A stretch of DNA of 64,000 bases, taken from NCBI RefSeq assembly GCF_003334785.1, contig NZ_QOWV01000010.1; one strand, written 5' to 3'. The notes beneath the pieces were generated by a model that worked only from the letters and a program-made list of their open reading frames with translations, ran no database searches and had not been told where the DNA came from. This document shows positions 14,940 to 29,222 of the stretch, in pieces (the first letter of the stretch is position 1; each line of letters opens with the position of its first letter). This stretch comes from Escherichia coli (lineage in GTDB: Bacteria > Pseudomonadota > Gammaproteobacteria > Enterobacterales > Enterobacteriaceae). The translations under genes were made by a program, and so were the position numbers.

Positions 14940-17261
14940 TTAACGTTTTTTGCCCATTGCCGCCGCCAGCGCATCCATCATCGCGCTATTACCGGCAGGC
15001 TGCGCTTCACGACCGCGTGGTTTGGCTGCCGGGCGGTTGTTTTGCGGGCGTTCATTACCGCCGCCGCGACGAGCGTTGGTTTCGCCAGGCTGCTCATCCA
15101 GGCGCATAGTCAGGGCGATACGTTTACGCTGAAGATCCACTTCCAGCACTTTCACCTTCACAATGTCGCCCGCTTTCACCACGGTATGCGGATCTTCCAC
15201 AAACTTGTTCGACAATGAAGAGATGTGAACCAGGCCGTCCTGATGCACGCCAATATCGACAAACGCGCCAAAGTTGGTGACGTTGGTCACTGCGCCTTCG
15301 AGGATCATACCCGGTTGCAGGTCGTTCATTGTCTCGACGCCATCGGCAAACTGAGCGGTTTTAAATTCCGGACGCGGATCGCGACCCGGTTTTTCCAGCT
15401 CTTTGATGATGTCGGTTACCGTCGGCACACCGAATTTCTCATCAGTAAAGTCAGACGCTTTCAGGTTACGCAGTTCGCTGCTGTTACCCATCAGATCTTT
15501 CAGTGCCTGCTGTGTTGCTGCCAGAATGCGTTCCACCACCGGATAGGCTTCCGGGTGAACGGTAGACGCGTCCAGCGGGTTATCACCGTGGTTAATGCGC
15601 AAGAAGCCCGCGCACTGCTCGAAGGCTTTCGGCCCCAGACGGCTCACTTTTAACAGTTGCTGACGGTTCTGGAACTGACCGTTCTCATCGCGCCAGGCAA
15701 CGATGTTTTGCGCCATCATGCGCGTCAGGCCCGCCACGCGGGTTAACAGCGGAACAGAAGCAGTGTTGAGATCGACGCCAACGGCGTTTACGCAGTCTTC
15801 TACTACTGCGTCCAGTTTGCGGGCCAGTTGCGTCTGGCTGACGTCATGCTGATACTGACCTACGCCGATAGATTTCGGATCGATTTTCACCAGCTCCGCC
15901 AGCGGATCCTGCAAACGGCGGGCGATAGACACCGCGCCACGCAGCGAAACGTCGAGATCCGGGAACTCCTGTGCAGCCAGCTCGGAAGCCGAGTAAACCG
16001 ACGCGCCTGCTTCGCTGACGATTACTTTCTGCGCGGTCACTTTCGGGAACTGCTTCTGCACATCGAGATAGAAACGCTCAGTTTCGCGGGAAGCTGTACC
16101 GTTACCGATCGCTACCAGTTCAACGTTATGTTTTTCACACAGCGCAGCAACGGTCATCGCTGCTTTTGCGGCCTGTCCGGTGTGCGGGTAAATGGTGTCG
16201 GTCGCCACCAGTTTGCCAGTGGCATCGACCACCGCCACTTTTACCCCAGTACGCAGACCCGGATCGAGGCCCATCGTTGCACGCAGTCCGGCAGGGGCCG
16301 CCATCAGCAGATCGTGCAGGTTACGGGCAAAGACGTTGATTGCTTCATCTTCCGCACGTTCGCGCACGGTGCCCATCAGTTCGGTTTCCAGATGCATCAG
16401 CACCTTGATGCGCCACGTCCAGCTCACCACGCCTTTGCGCCAGCTATCCGCCGGGGCATTGTTCAGGCGCAGGCCAAGGTGATCCATGATGATTTGCTCG
16501 CAATAGCTCTCTTTGGGCGGCTCATCGAACTGTGGATCGGCATTCAGCGAAAGCTGAAGTACGCCTTCGTTACGCCCACGGAACATCGCCAGCGCGCGGT
16601 GAGAAGGCACCGTGGACAACGGTTCGTGATGATCGAAATAGTCGCGGAATTTCGCCCCTTCCTCTTCTTTACCGCTCACCACCGTAGAAACCAAATGCGC
16701 GTTCTTCCACAGATAATCACGCACTTTCGCCAGCAGCGCGGCATCTTCGGCAAACCGTTCCATCAGGATATAGCGCGCGCCATCCAGCGCGGCTTTGGTA
16801 TCTGCCACGCCTTTATCGGCATCAACATATTGTGCAGCGGCGACTTCTGGCGTGTGTGACGGATCGCTCCACAGCAGGTCAGCCAACGGCTCAAGCCCTG
16901 CTTCAATGGCGATTTGCCCGCGGGTGCGGCGTTTAGGTTTGTAGGGCAGGTAGAGGTCTTCGAGTTCGGTTTTGCTTAGGGTGGCGTTGATGGCCTTCGC
17001 CAGATCATCGGTGAGTTTGCCTTGCTCGGAAATGGACTTGAGGATCGCCTGACGTCTCTCTTCCAGCTCGCGCAGATAGCTCAGACGCGTTTCCAGATTA
17101 CGCAGCTGCGTGTCATCCAGACCGCCGGTGATTTCCTTACGATAACGTGCGATAAACGGCACGGTATTCCCTTCGTCAAGCAGGCGAACGGCAGCGTCAA
17201 CCTGTTCCGGGCGCGCCTGAATTTCACCCGCAATAATGCGGCAGAACGAATCATTCATCAT
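14940..17261 (-). CDS. tex: Tex, transcription accessory protein (S1 domain, YqgF/HhH domains)
   Basis: 773-aa ORF; sequence recognised as YhgF/Tex. Confidence 0.95.
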   Translation of the reverse strand: MMNDSFCRIIAGEIQARPEQVDAAVRLLDEGNTVPFIARYRKEITGGLDDTQLRNLETRLSYLRELEERRQAILKSISEQGKLTDDLAKAINATLSKTELEDLYLPYKPKRRTRGQIAIEAGLEPLADLLWSDPSHTPEVAAAQYVDADKGVADTKAALDGARYILMERFAEDAALLAKVRDYLWKNAHLVSTVVSGKEEEGAKFRDYFDHHEPLSTVPSHRALAMFRGRNEGVLQLSLNADPQFDEPPKESYCEQIIMDHLGLRLNNAPADSWRKGVVSWTWRIKVLMHLETELMGTVRERAEDEAINVFARNLHDLLMAAPAGLRATMGLDPGLRTGVKVAVVDATGKLVATDTIYPHTGQAAKAAMTVAALCEKHNVELVAIGNGTASRETERFYLDVQKQFPKVTAQKVIVSEAGASVYSASELAAQEFPDLDVSLRGAVSIARRLQDPLAELVKIDPKSIGVGQYQHDVSQTQLARKLDAVVEDCVNAVGVDLNTASVPLLTRVAGLTRMMAQNIVAWRDENGQFQNRQQLLKVSRLGPKAFEQCAGFLRINHGDNPLDASTVHPEAYPVVERILAATQQALKDLMGNSSELRNLKASDFTDEKFGVPTVTDIIKELEKPGRDPRPEFKTAQFADGVETMNDLQPGMILEGAVTNVTNFGAFVDIGVHQDGLVHISSLSNKFVEDPHTVVKAGDIVKVKVLEVDLQRKRIALTMRLDEQPGETNARRGGGNERPQNNRPAAKPRGREAQPAGNSAMMDALAAAMGKKR

Positions 17262-17357
17262 GGTTTGAGTTCATCTTTTCGGATCAAAAATCAGGGGATA
17301 GTTATACGGACTGGCTGGCAAAAATGCCAGCCATCGGCAGGAGGTTAAGACTCTTCC

Positions 17358-17834
17358 TTACGGTTTCACGTACTCGATAGCATTAACATACCAGCTCGCT
17401 TCCCCGGCAGGGGTATTCACCACCGCCAGATCGCCGACTTCTTTTTTCAGCAATGCGCGGGCCATCGGGGAATCGATAGAGATGTAATCTTTACGGCCAA
17501 AAATTTCATCGTAGCCGACAATACGGAAACGGTGAGTCACGCCATCGTCGTTTTCAATCTCCACCCACGCGCCAAAAAAGACTTTGCCTTCCTGCTGAGG
17601 GGAGTAATCGACGATTTTGAGATTTTCCAGGCATTTAGTGAGATAGCGCACGCGACGGTCGATTTCACGCAGACGCTTTTTATTATACTGATAGTCAGCA
17701 TTTTCGCTGCGGTCGCCCAGACTTGCGGCCCAGGTCACCTTTTTTGTGACCTCCGGGCGTTCTTCACGCCAGAGATAATTAAGCTCTTGTTTGAGTTTTT
17801 CATACCCTTCCCGGGTAACCAGGGGCGTTTTCAT
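17358..17834 (-). CDS. greB: Transcription elongation factor GreB
   Basis: Conserved start MKTPLVTREGYEKLKQEL (158 aa); longest ORF extends 12 codons upstream. Confidence 0.95.
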   Translation of the reverse strand: MKTPLVTREGYEKLKQELNYLWREERPEVTKKVTWAASLGDRSENADYQYNKKRLREIDRRVRYLTKCLENLKIVDYSPQQEGKVFFGAWVEIENDDGVTHRFRIVGYDEIFGRKDYISIDSPMARALLKKEVGDLAVVNTPAGEASWYVNAIEYVKP

Positions 17835-18061
17835 CTCGTTGATTCCCTTTGTCTGTTTGATAATGCGCACATTGGGTATAACGTGATCATATCAACAGAA
17901 TCAATAATGTTTCGCCGAATAAATTGTATACTTAAGCTGCTGTTTAATATGCTTTGTAACAATTTAGGCTGAAATTCATACCAGATTTAGCTGGTGACGA
18001 ACGTGAGCTTTTTTAAGAATACACGCTTACAAATTGTTGCGAACCTTTGGGAGTACAAACA

Positions 18062-20130
<2,069 letters not shown>

Positions 20131-20134
20131 ATAA

Positions 20135-20165
20135 ACGGGAGGCGAAGGTGCCTCCCGTTTTGCTT
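20135..20165 (+). terminator. Rho-independent terminator after envZ (between convergent envZ and pck)
   Basis: acgggaggcgaaggtgcctcccgtttt. Confidence 0.7.
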
Positions 20166-20205
20166 TCTATAAGATACTGGATAGATATTCTCCAGCTTCA
20201 AATCA

Positions 20206-21828
20206 TTACAGTTTCGGACCAGCCGCTACCAGCGCGGCACCCGCAGGGGTGTCGGTGTATTTATCGAAGTTGTCGATAAACAGTTTCGCCAGGGTTTCGG
20301 CTTTTTCCTGCCACTGTTCCGGAGAAGCGTAGGTGTTACGCGGATCGAGAATCTTCGTGTCTACGCCCGGCAGTTCGGTTGGGATCGCCAGGTTAAACAT
20401 CGGCAGAGTGAAGGTTTCTGCATTATCCAGCGAACCGTTGAGGATGGCGTCGATAATGGCGCGGGTATCTTTAATCGAGATACGTTTGCCAGTGCCGTTC
20501 CAGCCAGTGTTAACCAGATAAGCCTGCGCGCCCGCCGCCTGCATACGTTTCACCAGCACTTCTGCGTACTGAGTCGGGTGCAGCGACAGGAATGCCGCGC
20601 CGAAGCAAGCGGAGAAGGTTGGCGTCGGTTCGGTGATGCCACGCTCAGTACCGGCCAGTTTGGCGGTGAAGCCAGAGAGGAAGTGATACTGGGTTTGATC
20701 GGCAGTCAGGCGAGAAACCGGCGGCAACACGCCGAAAGCATCAGCAGTCAGGAAGATAACCTTAGTCGCGTGGCCCGCTTTGGAAACCGGCTTAACAATG
20801 TTATCGATGTGATAGATCGGATAAGAAACGCGGGTGTTCTCGGTTTTTGAACCATCATCAAAGTCGATAGTGCCATCTTCACGCACGGTGACGTTTTCCA
20901 GCAACGCATCACGACGGATAGCGTTGTAGATTTCAGGTTCCGCTTCTTTCGACAGCTTGATAGTTTTTGCGTAGCAGCCGCCTTCGAAGTTAAACACGCC
21001 GTCATCGTCCCAGCCGTGTTCGTCATCGCCAATCAGGCGACGTTTCGGGTCGGTGGAAAGGGTGGTTTTACCGGTGCCGGAAAGGCCGAAGAACACCGCA
21101 ACATCGCCTTTCTCACCAACGTTGGCGGAGCAGTGCATAGAAGCGATACCTTTCAGCGGCAGCAGGTAGTTCATCATCGAGAACATCCCTTTCTTCATTT
21201 CGCCGCCGTACCAGGTGCCGCCAATCAGCTGCATGCGCTCGGTCAGGTTAAACGCCACGAAGTTTTCGGAGTTGAGACCCTGTTCTTTCCACTGCGGGTT
21301 AGTGCACTTCGCGCCGTTCATAACGATAAAGTCTGGTTTGAAACCTGCCAGTTCTTCATCGCTCGGGCGAATAAACATGTTTTTGACAAAATGCGCCTGC
21401 CAGGCCACTTCGGTGATGAAACGGACGGAAAGACGAGTATCCGGGTTCGCACCACAGAAAGCGTCGACAACGAACAGACGTTTGCCGGAAAGCTGCCTGG
21501 TCACCAGGCCTTTCAGATGCTGCCAGGTTTCCGGAGAGAGAGGTTTGTTGTCGTTCTTACCTTTGCCTTTGTCTGCCCACCAGAAAGTATCGCGAGTGGT
21601 ATCGTCACGGACGATATACTTATCTTTTGGTGAACGACCGGTGAAGATCCCGGTATCGACGGCAACGGCACCCAGATTAGTTAACACCCCGCGCTCATAA
21701 CCTGTCAGGCTCGGATCGAGCTCTTCCTGATACAGCAGGTCGTAGCTTGGGTTGTAAACGATATCATGTACGTCACTGATACCATAAGCCTCGAGTTCTT
21801 GCGGGGTCAAACCATTGTTAACGCGCAT
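20206..21828 (-). CDS. pck: Phosphoenolpyruvate carboxykinase (ATP)
   Basis: Conserved start [17 protein letters not shown] (540 aa); longest ORF extends 23 codons upstream. Confidence 0.95.
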   Translation of the reverse strand: MRVNNGLTPQELEAYGISDVHDIVYNPSYDLLYQEELDPSLTGYERGVLTNLGAVAVDTGIFTGRSPKDKYIVRDDTTRDTFWWADKGKGKNDNKPLSPETWQHLKGLVTRQLSGKRLFVVDAFCGANPDTRLSVRFITEVAWQAHFVKNMFIRPSDEELAGFKPDFIVMNGAKCTNPQWKEQGLNSENFVAFNLTERMQLIGGTWYGGEMKKGMFSMMNYLLPLKGIASMHCSANVGEKGDVAVFFGLSGTGKTTLSTDPKRRLIGDDEHGWDDDGVFNFEGGCYAKTIKLSKEAEPEIYNAIRRDALLENVTVREDGTIDFDDGSKTENTRVSYPIYHIDNIVKPVSKAGHATKVIFLTADAFGVLPPVSRLTADQTQYHFLSGFTAKLAGTERGITEPTPTFSACFGAAFLSLHPTQYAEVLVKRMQAAGAQAYLVNTGWNGTGKRISIKDTRAIIDAILNGSLDNAETFTLPMFNLAIPTELPGVDTKILDPRNTYASPEQWQEKAETLAKLFIDNFDKYTDTPAGAALVAAGPKL

Positions 21829-21943
21829 TTCACTGCTCCTTAGCCAATATGTATTGCCTGAATAGTAAAGTCTTTTTGGGGGTGTTAACCGCGACAAGGC
21901 TCATAGATTTACGTATCTGGAGAAATTCATATTTGACAAAAAA

Positions 21944-21965
21944 CTCCGTGATTCCTGTCACGAAA
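21944..21965 (-). promoter_or_regulatory. CRP-like site in pck promoter
   Basis: ccgTGAttcctgTCAcg about 120 bp upstream of the pck ATG. Confidence 0.35.
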
Positions 21966-22206
21966 CGGTTGCTATTATCGCAGAAATAGCATTTTAGGTG
22001 TGGAAAATGTTCTCAAAAGGTTAAATCTTGGTTTATATGGCGGGAATATTGTGAGTGGAATCGCATTCCTGAATGAAATTGATGCAAATTCAACCGGTAA
22101 AGTATCGATTCACCACGCTAACTTTTTTTGATTATTTTCTGAAAAAAGCAAAATACTACTGCCCGGATGCGATAATTAACCCACCTTTTGATTCTGGATA
22201 ACCAAC

Positions 22207-23931
22207 ATGGATAACGTTGAACTTTCACCCGCAACACGCTGGGGGATGATTGCTACCGGATTACTTCAGGGTCTGGTTTGCTACCTGCTGATCGCCTGGC
22301 TTTCCGGAAAAAATCACAGTTGGATTGTTTATGGCGTGCCTGCGACCGTCGCGTTTTCATCCGTTTTACTCTTCTCCGTGATCTCTTTTAAACAGAAGCG
22401 CCTTTGGGGATGGCTGGCGCTAGTGTTTATTGCCACGCTGGGGATGAGCGGCTGGCTGAAGTGGCAAACTGATGGCATGAACCCCTGGAGAGCTGAAAAG
22501 GCGCTTTGGGATTTTGGTTGCTATCTGCTGTTGATGGCAATGTTGTTGCTACCGTGGATACAACAAAGCCTTCGCATCCGCAATGACAGTAGCCGCTATC
22601 GCTATTTTTACCAGTCAGTATGGCATAACGTACTTATATTACTGGTGATTTTTCTCGCCAATGGCTTGACGTGGCTGGTGCTTTTACTGTGGAGTGAGTT
22701 GTTTAAACTTGTTGGCATCACGTTTTTCAATACGCTCTTTTTTGCAACCGACTGGTTTATTTATCTCACGTTAGGTCTGGTTACCGCGCTGGCGGTGATC
22801 CTCGCGCGAACACAGTCACGTTTAATCGACTCTATTCAAAAGTTGTTCACGTTAATCGCCACGGGGTTGCTGCCGTTAGTATCATTGCTAACCCTGATGT
22901 TTATCATCACCCTGCCGTTTACGGGCCTGAGCGCGATTTCTCGCCACATCTCCGCCGCCGGGTTGCTGTTGACGCTGGCCTTTTTGCAATTGATCTTAAT
23001 GGCTATTGTCCGCGATCCGCAAAAAGCGTCACTTCCCTGGACAGGGCCGTTGCGTTGCCTGATTAAAACCGCTTTGCTGGTTGCTCCGCTGTATGTGTTC
23101 GTCGCCGCCTGGGCGTTATGGCTGCGGGTCGCTCAGTACGGCTGGACTGTCGACCGCTTGCAGGGCGTGCTGGCGGTGCTGGTGTTACTGGTGTGGTCGC
23201 TGGGGTATTTTGTCAGCATCGTCTGGCGTAAAGGGCAAAATCCCGTTGTTCTTCAGGGCAAAGTGAACCTTGCGGTTTCGTTATTGGTGTTGGTGATACT
23301 GGTGCTTCTTAATTCGCCGGTGCTGGACAGTATGCGCATTAGCGTGAACAGCCATATGGCGCGTTATCAGAGCGGCAAAAACACGTCAGACCAGGTAACT
23401 ATCTACATGCTCGAGCAGAGCGGTCGCTATGGACGTGCTGCGCTTGAGTCGCTGAAAAGCGATGCCGGGTTTATGAAAGACCCGAAACGCGCGCGGGATC
23501 TGCTGATGGCGTTAGATGGAGAGCAACATCTTCAGCAACAGGTATCGGAAAAAGTATTAGCCGATAATGTGTTAATTGCCCCTGGTTCTGTTAAACCTGA
23601 TGCGACATTCTGGTCGGCCTTAATCCAGGATCGCTATAACGTGATGACCTGTATTGAAAAAGACGCCTGCGTCCTGGTCGAGCAAGATCTGAATAGTGAT
23701 GGTCAGGCGGAGCGGATCCTGTTTGCTTTTAATGATGACAGAGTCATTGTCTATGGCTTTGACTCAGACAGAAAAGAATGGGACGCGCTTGATATGAGTT
23801 TACTTCCGAACGAAATAACGAAAGAAAAATTACTCACAGCTGCGAAGGATGGAAAACTGGGGACGAAGCCTAAAGCGTGGCGCGATCTTGTAGTGGATGG
23901 TGAAAGGCTGAATGTGAATCTGAATGAGTGA
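22207..23931 (+). CDS. yhgE: Inner-membrane protein YhgE, function unknown
   Basis: 574-aa ORF with many hydrophobic segments; recognised as YhgE. Confidence 0.85.
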
Positions 23932-23963
23932 CAAAGCGCATCAGGTGTATTAGTCGTAAAATC

Positions 23964-23984
23964 CGGCAGAGCCCTCTCTGCCGG
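23964..23984. terminator. Hairpin between convergent yhgE and hslO
   Basis: ccggcagagccctctctgccgg. Confidence 0.4.
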
Positions 23985-23993
23985 ACATACTCA

Positions 23994-24872
23994 TTAATGA
24001 ACTTGCGGATCTGCCGGAGACGCGTTGTTGCGGATTTCAGCAATATCCATCGCATTGAACAGATAGTGGTTACCGCAGTAATCACAATGCATGTCAATTT
24101 CGCCATCTTCCGCCAGGATGCTATCAACTTCTTCATCAGGCAGCGTTTTCAGCGCATCGGCGCAACGTTCACGCGAGCAGGTGCATTTGAACTCCACATC
24201 CTGCGGATCGTAAACCGTCACCTCTTCTTCGTGATACAAACGCCACAACACTTCGTTTGCCGGTAAGGTCAGCAGTTCTTCGGTTTTGATGGTTTCGGTT
24301 AGCGTCGCCAGGTGGTCAAAGTCGTCCTGCTGGGCATTTTGCGCAGGCATTACCTGCAACAACATACCGCCTGCAGCCGGTTTGCCGTCTACGTCGCCGG
24401 TGCGAATAAACAGGCGCGTCGGCAGCTGTTCAGAACGCATAAAGTAATCTTCCAGGCAGGCCGCCAGGGTATCACCTTCCAGACCAACTACGCCCTGATA
24501 GCGTTCGCCTTCGCTCGGGGTAATGGTGATCACCACGTAACCATTGCCGACCAGCGTTTTCAGGTCGGCATTTTCTGGAATTTCGCCCTGCACGCGCGCC
24601 ACACCGCGCATCTGCTGGTTATTGTTACCGTTAATAACCGCCAGATTCATCGGACCGTCGCCCTGCAGCTGTACGGTGATATCACCATCAAACTTCAGCG
24701 TAGCGGTTAACAGGCTGGTCGCAACCAGCAGTTCTGCCAGCACGTTTTTAACGGGCTGCGGATAATCGTGGTTCTCAAGGATCTGTTGCAGGGTTTCCGA
24801 AACGGTTACCAGTTCGCCGCGCACGGCAAAGTTTTCAAACAGATAGCGATGTAATTGGTCATGTTGCGGCAT
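23994..24872 (-). CDS. hslO: Hsp33 redox-regulated chaperone
   Basis: Conserved start [12 protein letters not shown]; C-terminal CxC...CxxC zinc/redox switch; start may be 6 nt further upstream (24878). Confidence 0.93.
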   Translation of the reverse strand: MPQHDQLHRYLFENFAVRGELVTVSETLQQILENHDYPQPVKNVLAELLVATSLLTATLKFDGDITVQLQGDGPMNLAVINGNNNQQMRGVARVQGEIPENADLKTLVGNGYVVITITPSEGERYQGVVGLEGDTLAACLEDYFMRSEQLPTRLFIRTGDVDGKPAAGGMLLQVMPAQNAQQDDFDHLATLTETIKTEELLTLPANEVLWRLYHEEEVTVYDPQDVEFKCTCSRERCADALKTLPDEEVDSILAEDGEIDMHCDYCGNHYLFNAMDIAEIRNNASPADPQVH

Positions 24873-24896
24873 AATCATCTCTCTTGCAGGTGACAG

Positions 24897-25298
24897 TTAT
24901 TCACTGTCGCCGTGTTTAAATCGTAACAGGTCGCGGCGCTCTTTTTTGTCCGGGCGTCGGTCCGGGTGCGGCATGGTTAAGGCATTAAGTTTACGTGCCA
25001 GCGCCATTTTTTCGCGTTTCTCTACACTTTCCGCAGTCTCTTCATACAGCAAGGCTGCCTCGCTGGCGGGGCGACGCTGTTCAGTAATCGCCTTTACAAT
25101 CACCGTGCGTTCGTCATTTCCCTGGCGCAGAGTGAGCGTGGCATTCAGCTCGACGATTTTGCTCGGCTTGCTGCGCTGCCCGTTGTAATGCACCTTACCG
25201 CCTTCAATCATTTCACGGGCCAGCGCGCGGGTTTTATAAAAACGGGCAGCCCATAGCCATTTATCCAGTCGAACCTCAACAGCAGGTTTCTCTTTCAT
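24897..25298 (-). CDS. hslR: Heat-shock protein Hsp15 (ribosome-associated, S4-like RNA-binding)
   Basis: 133-aa ORF recognised as HslR. Confidence 0.95.
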   Translation of the reverse strand: MKEKPAVEVRLDKWLWAARFYKTRALAREMIEGGKVHYNGQRSKPSKIVELNATLTLRQGNDERTVIVKAITEQRRPASEAALLYEETAESVEKREKMALARKLNALTMPHPDRRPDKKERRDLLRFKHGDSE

Positions 25299-25308
25299 GG
25301 CGTCTCCT

Positions 25309-25977
25309 TCACATTAGCGAGGGGATCAGGCGGCGGTAGTCATTCAGTGACGGATGGCGTTGATACTGTTTCTCGGCAATCCCGGAATCAGGATTAGTCA
25401 CGCCGAGGCAGTAACGAATACCAAATTGCGCGGCAGCATCGAGAATCGCTTCGCTGTCATCAATAAACAGCGTTCTTTCAGCTTTCAGACCCGTAGCTTC
25501 GGCCACCGCATGCCATAACCGCTGATCCTCTTTCGGATAACCAAATGTGTGGGTGGAAAGTAATAAATCAAGGTGTGCGTCCAGACCGGTATGCTCAAGT
25601 TTTACCGCCAGGTTGTGCGGATGCGCATTGGTGAGCAAAATTCGCTGCTTACCGCTGGCTTTCAGTGCCTCAAGAAACGGAATGGTATCTTCACGCAGTA
25701 CGGCACGCGGTCCCATCTCGGTGGTCATCGCACAGATATCCAGACCCAGTTGCTCACTCCAGTAATCAAGACAGTACCAGTTTAGCGTATGCTGTACGTC
25801 GTGATATTGCTGGCGCATATATTCCATCGCTTCCTGTGGCGTAACCCCGTTTTTCGCGCCCCATGTTTCAGGCACCAGCTTTTGCCAGAAATAGTTATCG
25901 AAGGCGAGGTCGAGCAACGTGCCGTCCATATCCAGCAGAACGGTATCTACGTCCTGCCAGGCAATGTTGATATGCAT
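25309..25977 (-). CDS. yrfG: HAD-family nucleotidase YrfG (GMP/IMP)
   Basis: Conserved start MHINIAWQDVDTVLLDMDGTL (HAD DxD motif), 222 aa. Confidence 0.9.
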   Translation of the reverse strand: MHINIAWQDVDTVLLDMDGTLLDLAFDNYFWQKLVPETWGAKNGVTPQEAMEYMRQQYHDVQHTLNWYCLDYWSEQLGLDICAMTTEMGPRAVLREDTIPFLEALKASGKQRILLTNAHPHNLAVKLEHTGLDAHLDLLLSTHTFGYPKEDQRLWHAVAEATGLKAERTLFIDDSEAILDAAAQFGIRYCLGVTNPDSGIAEKQYQRHPSLNDYRRLIPSLM

Positions 25978-26041
25978 GAGGGAAATCTCCAGAGTGAAGC
26001 AATTTGCGCGACAGGGTAGCATAACCTGCCGCGCAAACGTG

Positions 26042-28177
26042 TTATTCGATAAGGCTTTCTGAAGGGGTGATCAGTTGCGGGTTCAGGCAGCTTTCATAAT
26101 AGGCCTGAATCTCCATCATGCGAGTGCGATGACGCTGGTAACGACGCCAGGCCTGTACGCCATTGTAAATGGCGCTACCCAGCATCGTCAGTAGCAGCAA
26201 TGTGGTGCTGAGATAGCGCCACAGGCCGGAACGATCCGGGATCGGATGAAGGCCAATATGCTGCGTACCATTGGCGTCAGTGAAGATTTTTGTGACGATA
26301 CCCTCGGCGTTAAACGGCGTATGCATCAGCATTTGTGCCAGTTTCTGGAAAGCGTTCCACTGTTCTTGCGGCGGGTAGTCGTAAAGTGATGCCGAAGGCC
26401 AGGGCTGATCAACAAAATCGCTGCCTTCGTCGCTGACAATCAGGAATCCGCCGGGGGCCGGACTGTTTAGTGATTGTGCCGCTCGCGCCGTTTCATGCGT
26501 GATAAACGGCGCGGTGGAGGTTGCCACCAGGTTATCCAGCGATTCCGCACTCACCGGGCGTAATAACACATTCACGCCATCGAGCTTCCCGGCGTTGGCG
26601 CGTTTTACCAGCGCGTCCCAGTCTTTACTGTTGCCGAGATTGACCAGCGCATTTTTCAGTCGCACACAGTCATCTTTGGCAGAACATAAATCCGCTGTCT
26701 TCAGTACAATGTCGCCAAAATCATCAAGCAATACCATGCCGGATTTTTGAATTGCTGAACGTAATGAGGCACTGACGCGAGATTCATCTTCCGGTTTAGG
26801 GTGCAGCTGGCGATTAACTGCTTCAGTCAATGCCGTCGCTTTGTTGACCAGTTCAGATTCTGGTAATGGCAATGAGCGGGCGTCGTTCCAGATGATCTGC
26901 GAGCAGTCAAACGGTAAAAAAGGTGAATTGGTTTTCGCGCTCCAGGTTCCGGAAGTTCGAATATTACACATTCCCGTACCGCTAATACGCAATGTATCGC
27001 CTACCCGCACGCCAGCGTCAGCCAGTTGTTTTACGCTGGTGGCTTCAATGGTCTGCGCGCCTTTCATCCATGAGAGAGTGAATTTCAGCGGCATATCCAG
27101 CGGGATCCAGAATAACAGCATAAACAGCACCAGCAGCGAGCCCGCAGCGATAATCGTACTGCGCAGCCAGTGCTGTAACGGAAAGTTTTTTACTTCATCA
27201 TGCAGCGAAAGATATCGTCCCTGACGCACTACATGGCGGTCGAGATAGATATCGATATCGGTTTGTTGACCGAGATCCTGAGCAATGTATGGCTGCCAGT
27301 GTGCGGGATAGACCAGGTCGATAATACCGAGTGAAATATTGTTGATCTGTTCCTGATCGTTTTCGCCAAACAATCCCCAACGACGGGGTGTACCGCGCAG
27401 ACAATGAATTTCCCGCAGGGAGGATTTTGCCGGGGGCGCGAATAGCCCCCACAGACCTGCGCCCAGCAGCAGTAACGCGCCGCCTGCCAGCCACGGAACA
27501 AATACATCCGGGGTAATCAGGCAGAAAAAGAACATCAGGAAGGAGGCGACGATCAGCAACGCTTCACGCAGCCCGCGCGGACGACTCAGCGCATATTCTT
27601 CATGCGTTTCTTTGCGAATATTGAGTAGCTCGATTTGCTCACTCTCTTCCCCGCGAATCGACGCCTGCGTTGACGGAACAGGTTGCAAGGCATAGCTGCG
27701 AGTTTCCTGCATGTACTCCTGCAGCGTATGACCGTTGAGTGAAATAACCAGCGGCAGCGAATCGGTATGAATCAGTTCAACGGTATTCTCATCGTTGATG
27801 TACTGTTCCCAGAAAGGGGGCAGGTGGACTTCTACCGAATCGAGGTAGTAACGCCATTTATTCGGATCGTCGGTAGAGATGCCGTAACGCGTGATAGCTT
27901 GTGTCAGCATCATGACGTTGTTGCTTTCGGCATTCAGCGCCAGAGAGATCGGTGCCGCGCTGGCTCCCGTTGGGCCAGGCACCTGTAATACCTGCGTCAG
28001 GCTCTCAAGATAATTTTCAACGGCGCTACGTTCTTCAGGTGTGAGTTTACGCGTTTGCGCATCCGCGAAGGCGTTGGTCCAGGGCAGCTGACGCCGTCTG
28101 GATCGCACTTTTATCAGCCATCCCGCAAGTAGTGAGCAGGCCAGCAAAGCAGCTAAAAAAATCACAATGGTGCTCAT
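26042..28177 (-). CDS. igaA: IgaA (YrfF), inner-membrane negative regulator of the Rcs phosphorelay
   Basis: 711-aa ORF recognised as YrfF/IgaA. Confidence 0.93.
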   Translation of the reverse strand: MSTIVIFLAALLACSLLAGWLIKVRSRRRQLPWTNAFADAQTRKLTPEERSAVENYLESLTQVLQVPGPTGASAAPISLALNAESNNVMMLTQAITRYGISTDDPNKWRYYLDSVEVHLPPFWEQYINDENTVELIHTDSLPLVISLNGHTLQEYMQETRSYALQPVPSTQASIRGEESEQIELLNIRKETHEEYALSRPRGLREALLIVASFLMFFFCLITPDVFVPWLAGGALLLLGAGLWGLFAPPAKSSLREIHCLRGTPRRWGLFGENDQEQINNISLGIIDLVYPAHWQPYIAQDLGQQTDIDIYLDRHVVRQGRYLSLHDEVKNFPLQHWLRSTIIAAGSLLVLFMLLFWIPLDMPLKFTLSWMKGAQTIEATSVKQLADAGVRVGDTLRISGTGMCNIRTSGTWSAKTNSPFLPFDCSQIIWNDARSLPLPESELVNKATALTEAVNRQLHPKPEDESRVSASLRSAIQKSGMVLLDDFGDIVLKTADLCSAKDDCVRLKNALVNLGNSKDWDALVKRANAGKLDGVNVLLRPVSAESLDNLVATSTAPFITHETARAAQSLNSPAPGGFLIVSDEGSDFVDQPWPSASLYDYPPQEQWNAFQKLAQMLMHTPFNAEGIVTKIFTDANGTQHIGLHPIPDRSGLWRYLSTTLLLLTMLGSAIYNGVQAWRRYQRHRTRMMEIQAYYESCLNPQLITPSESLIE

Positions 28178-28496
28178 GCTTTCCCCATCTTACTTAGTCT
28201 GTCAGGCGTGGTCAGTCGCACCGGACACAATACATGATTCTGCGGTTGGCTATCGGCAAGCGTGGAGTTTAACTTGAGCATCATTAAGCACATCACAGTA
28301 ACCGCTGATCATAGCAAACCCTCTGAAGGCGGAATATCAGCAAATTCCTGGAGTTATTTCAACCTATTGACTTTTAATTTGATTTGAGGACGATTATTTA
28401 TTAAGTTACATAAATGTAAATAACATGCAATTCACATTGCCGAAAGCGTGTCCGATATCGCACAATAACCGCTGATTTCACAGCATAGATCCCACG

Positions 28497-29057
28497 ATGA
28501 GCAAATCATTACAAAAACCCACCATTCTGAATGTTGAAACTGTAGCCCGTTCCCGACTGTTTACCGTCGAGAGCGTGGATCTGGAGTTCAGCAATGGCGT
28601 GCGGCGTGTTTATGAACGAATGCGTCCAACCAACCGGGAAGCAGTGATGATTGTGCCGATTGTGGACGATCACCTGATCCTGATCCGCGAATACGCAGTG
28701 GGAACTGAATCCTACGAATTAGGTTTTTCGAAAGGATTAATTGATCCGGGTGAAAGCGTCTACGAAGCCGCTAACCGCGAGCTAAAAGAAGAGGTTGGAT
28801 TTGGAGCGAACGATCTGACTTTTTTGAAGAAGCTCAGCATGGCACCGTCTTACTTTTCCAGCAAAATGAATATCGTGGTAGCGCAAGATCTCTACCCGGA
28901 ATCACTGGAAGGCGATGAGCCAGAGCCGCTACCACAGGTGCGCTGGCCGCTGGCGCATATGATGGATTTGCTGGAAGACCCTGACTTCAATGAAGCGCGC
29001 AATGTCAGTGCGCTGTTCCTCGTGCGCGAATGGTTGAAAGGGCAGGGGCGAGTGTAA
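28497..29057 (+). CDS. nudE: ADP-compounds hydrolase NudE (Nudix)
   Basis: 186-aa ORF; Nudix box around GLIDPGESVYEAANRELKEEVG. Confidence 0.95.
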   Translation: MSKSLQKPTILNVETVARSRLFTVESVDLEFSNGVRRVYERMRPTNREAVMIVPIVDDHLILIREYAVGTESYELGFSKGLIDPGESVYEAANRELKEEVGFGANDLTFLKKLSMAPSYFSSKMNIVVAQDLYPESLEGDEPEPLPQVRWPLAHMMDLLEDPDFNEARNVSALFLVREWLKGQGRV

Positions 29058-29069
29058 ATGCGTGAAGTT

Positions 29070-29170
29070 TGCCTGATGCACAATGTTTATCAGGCTTATG
29101 GGGTTTCTGCAATTTATTGAGTTTTCACGATTTTGTTAGCCGGATAACGCGTTCACGCCGTATCCGGCAT
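29070..29170. repeat. REP-like palindromic units
   Basis: gcctgatgcacaatgtttatcaggc and gccggataacgcgttcacgccgtatccggc. Confidence 0.6.
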
Positions 29171-29196
29171 AAACAAGTGCACTTTGTCAGCAAACT

Positions 29197-29221
29197 GAAA
29201 AGGCGCCGAAGCGCCTTTTTA
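29197..29221. terminator. Bidirectional rho-independent terminator between nudE and mrcA
   Basis: aaaaggcgccgaagcgccttttt with A/T runs on both sides. Confidence 0.75.
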
Positions 29222-29222
29222 A

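Noticed and set aside
15828-16859. 343-aa forward ORF inside tex
   Set aside because: Antisense shadow ORF of tex; no RBS or promoter evidence.
17309-17335. Inverted repeat tggctggcaaaaatgccagcca between greB and tex as a greB terminator
   Set aside because: No convincing T-run after the stem on the transcript strand; could equally be part of the tex promoter region.
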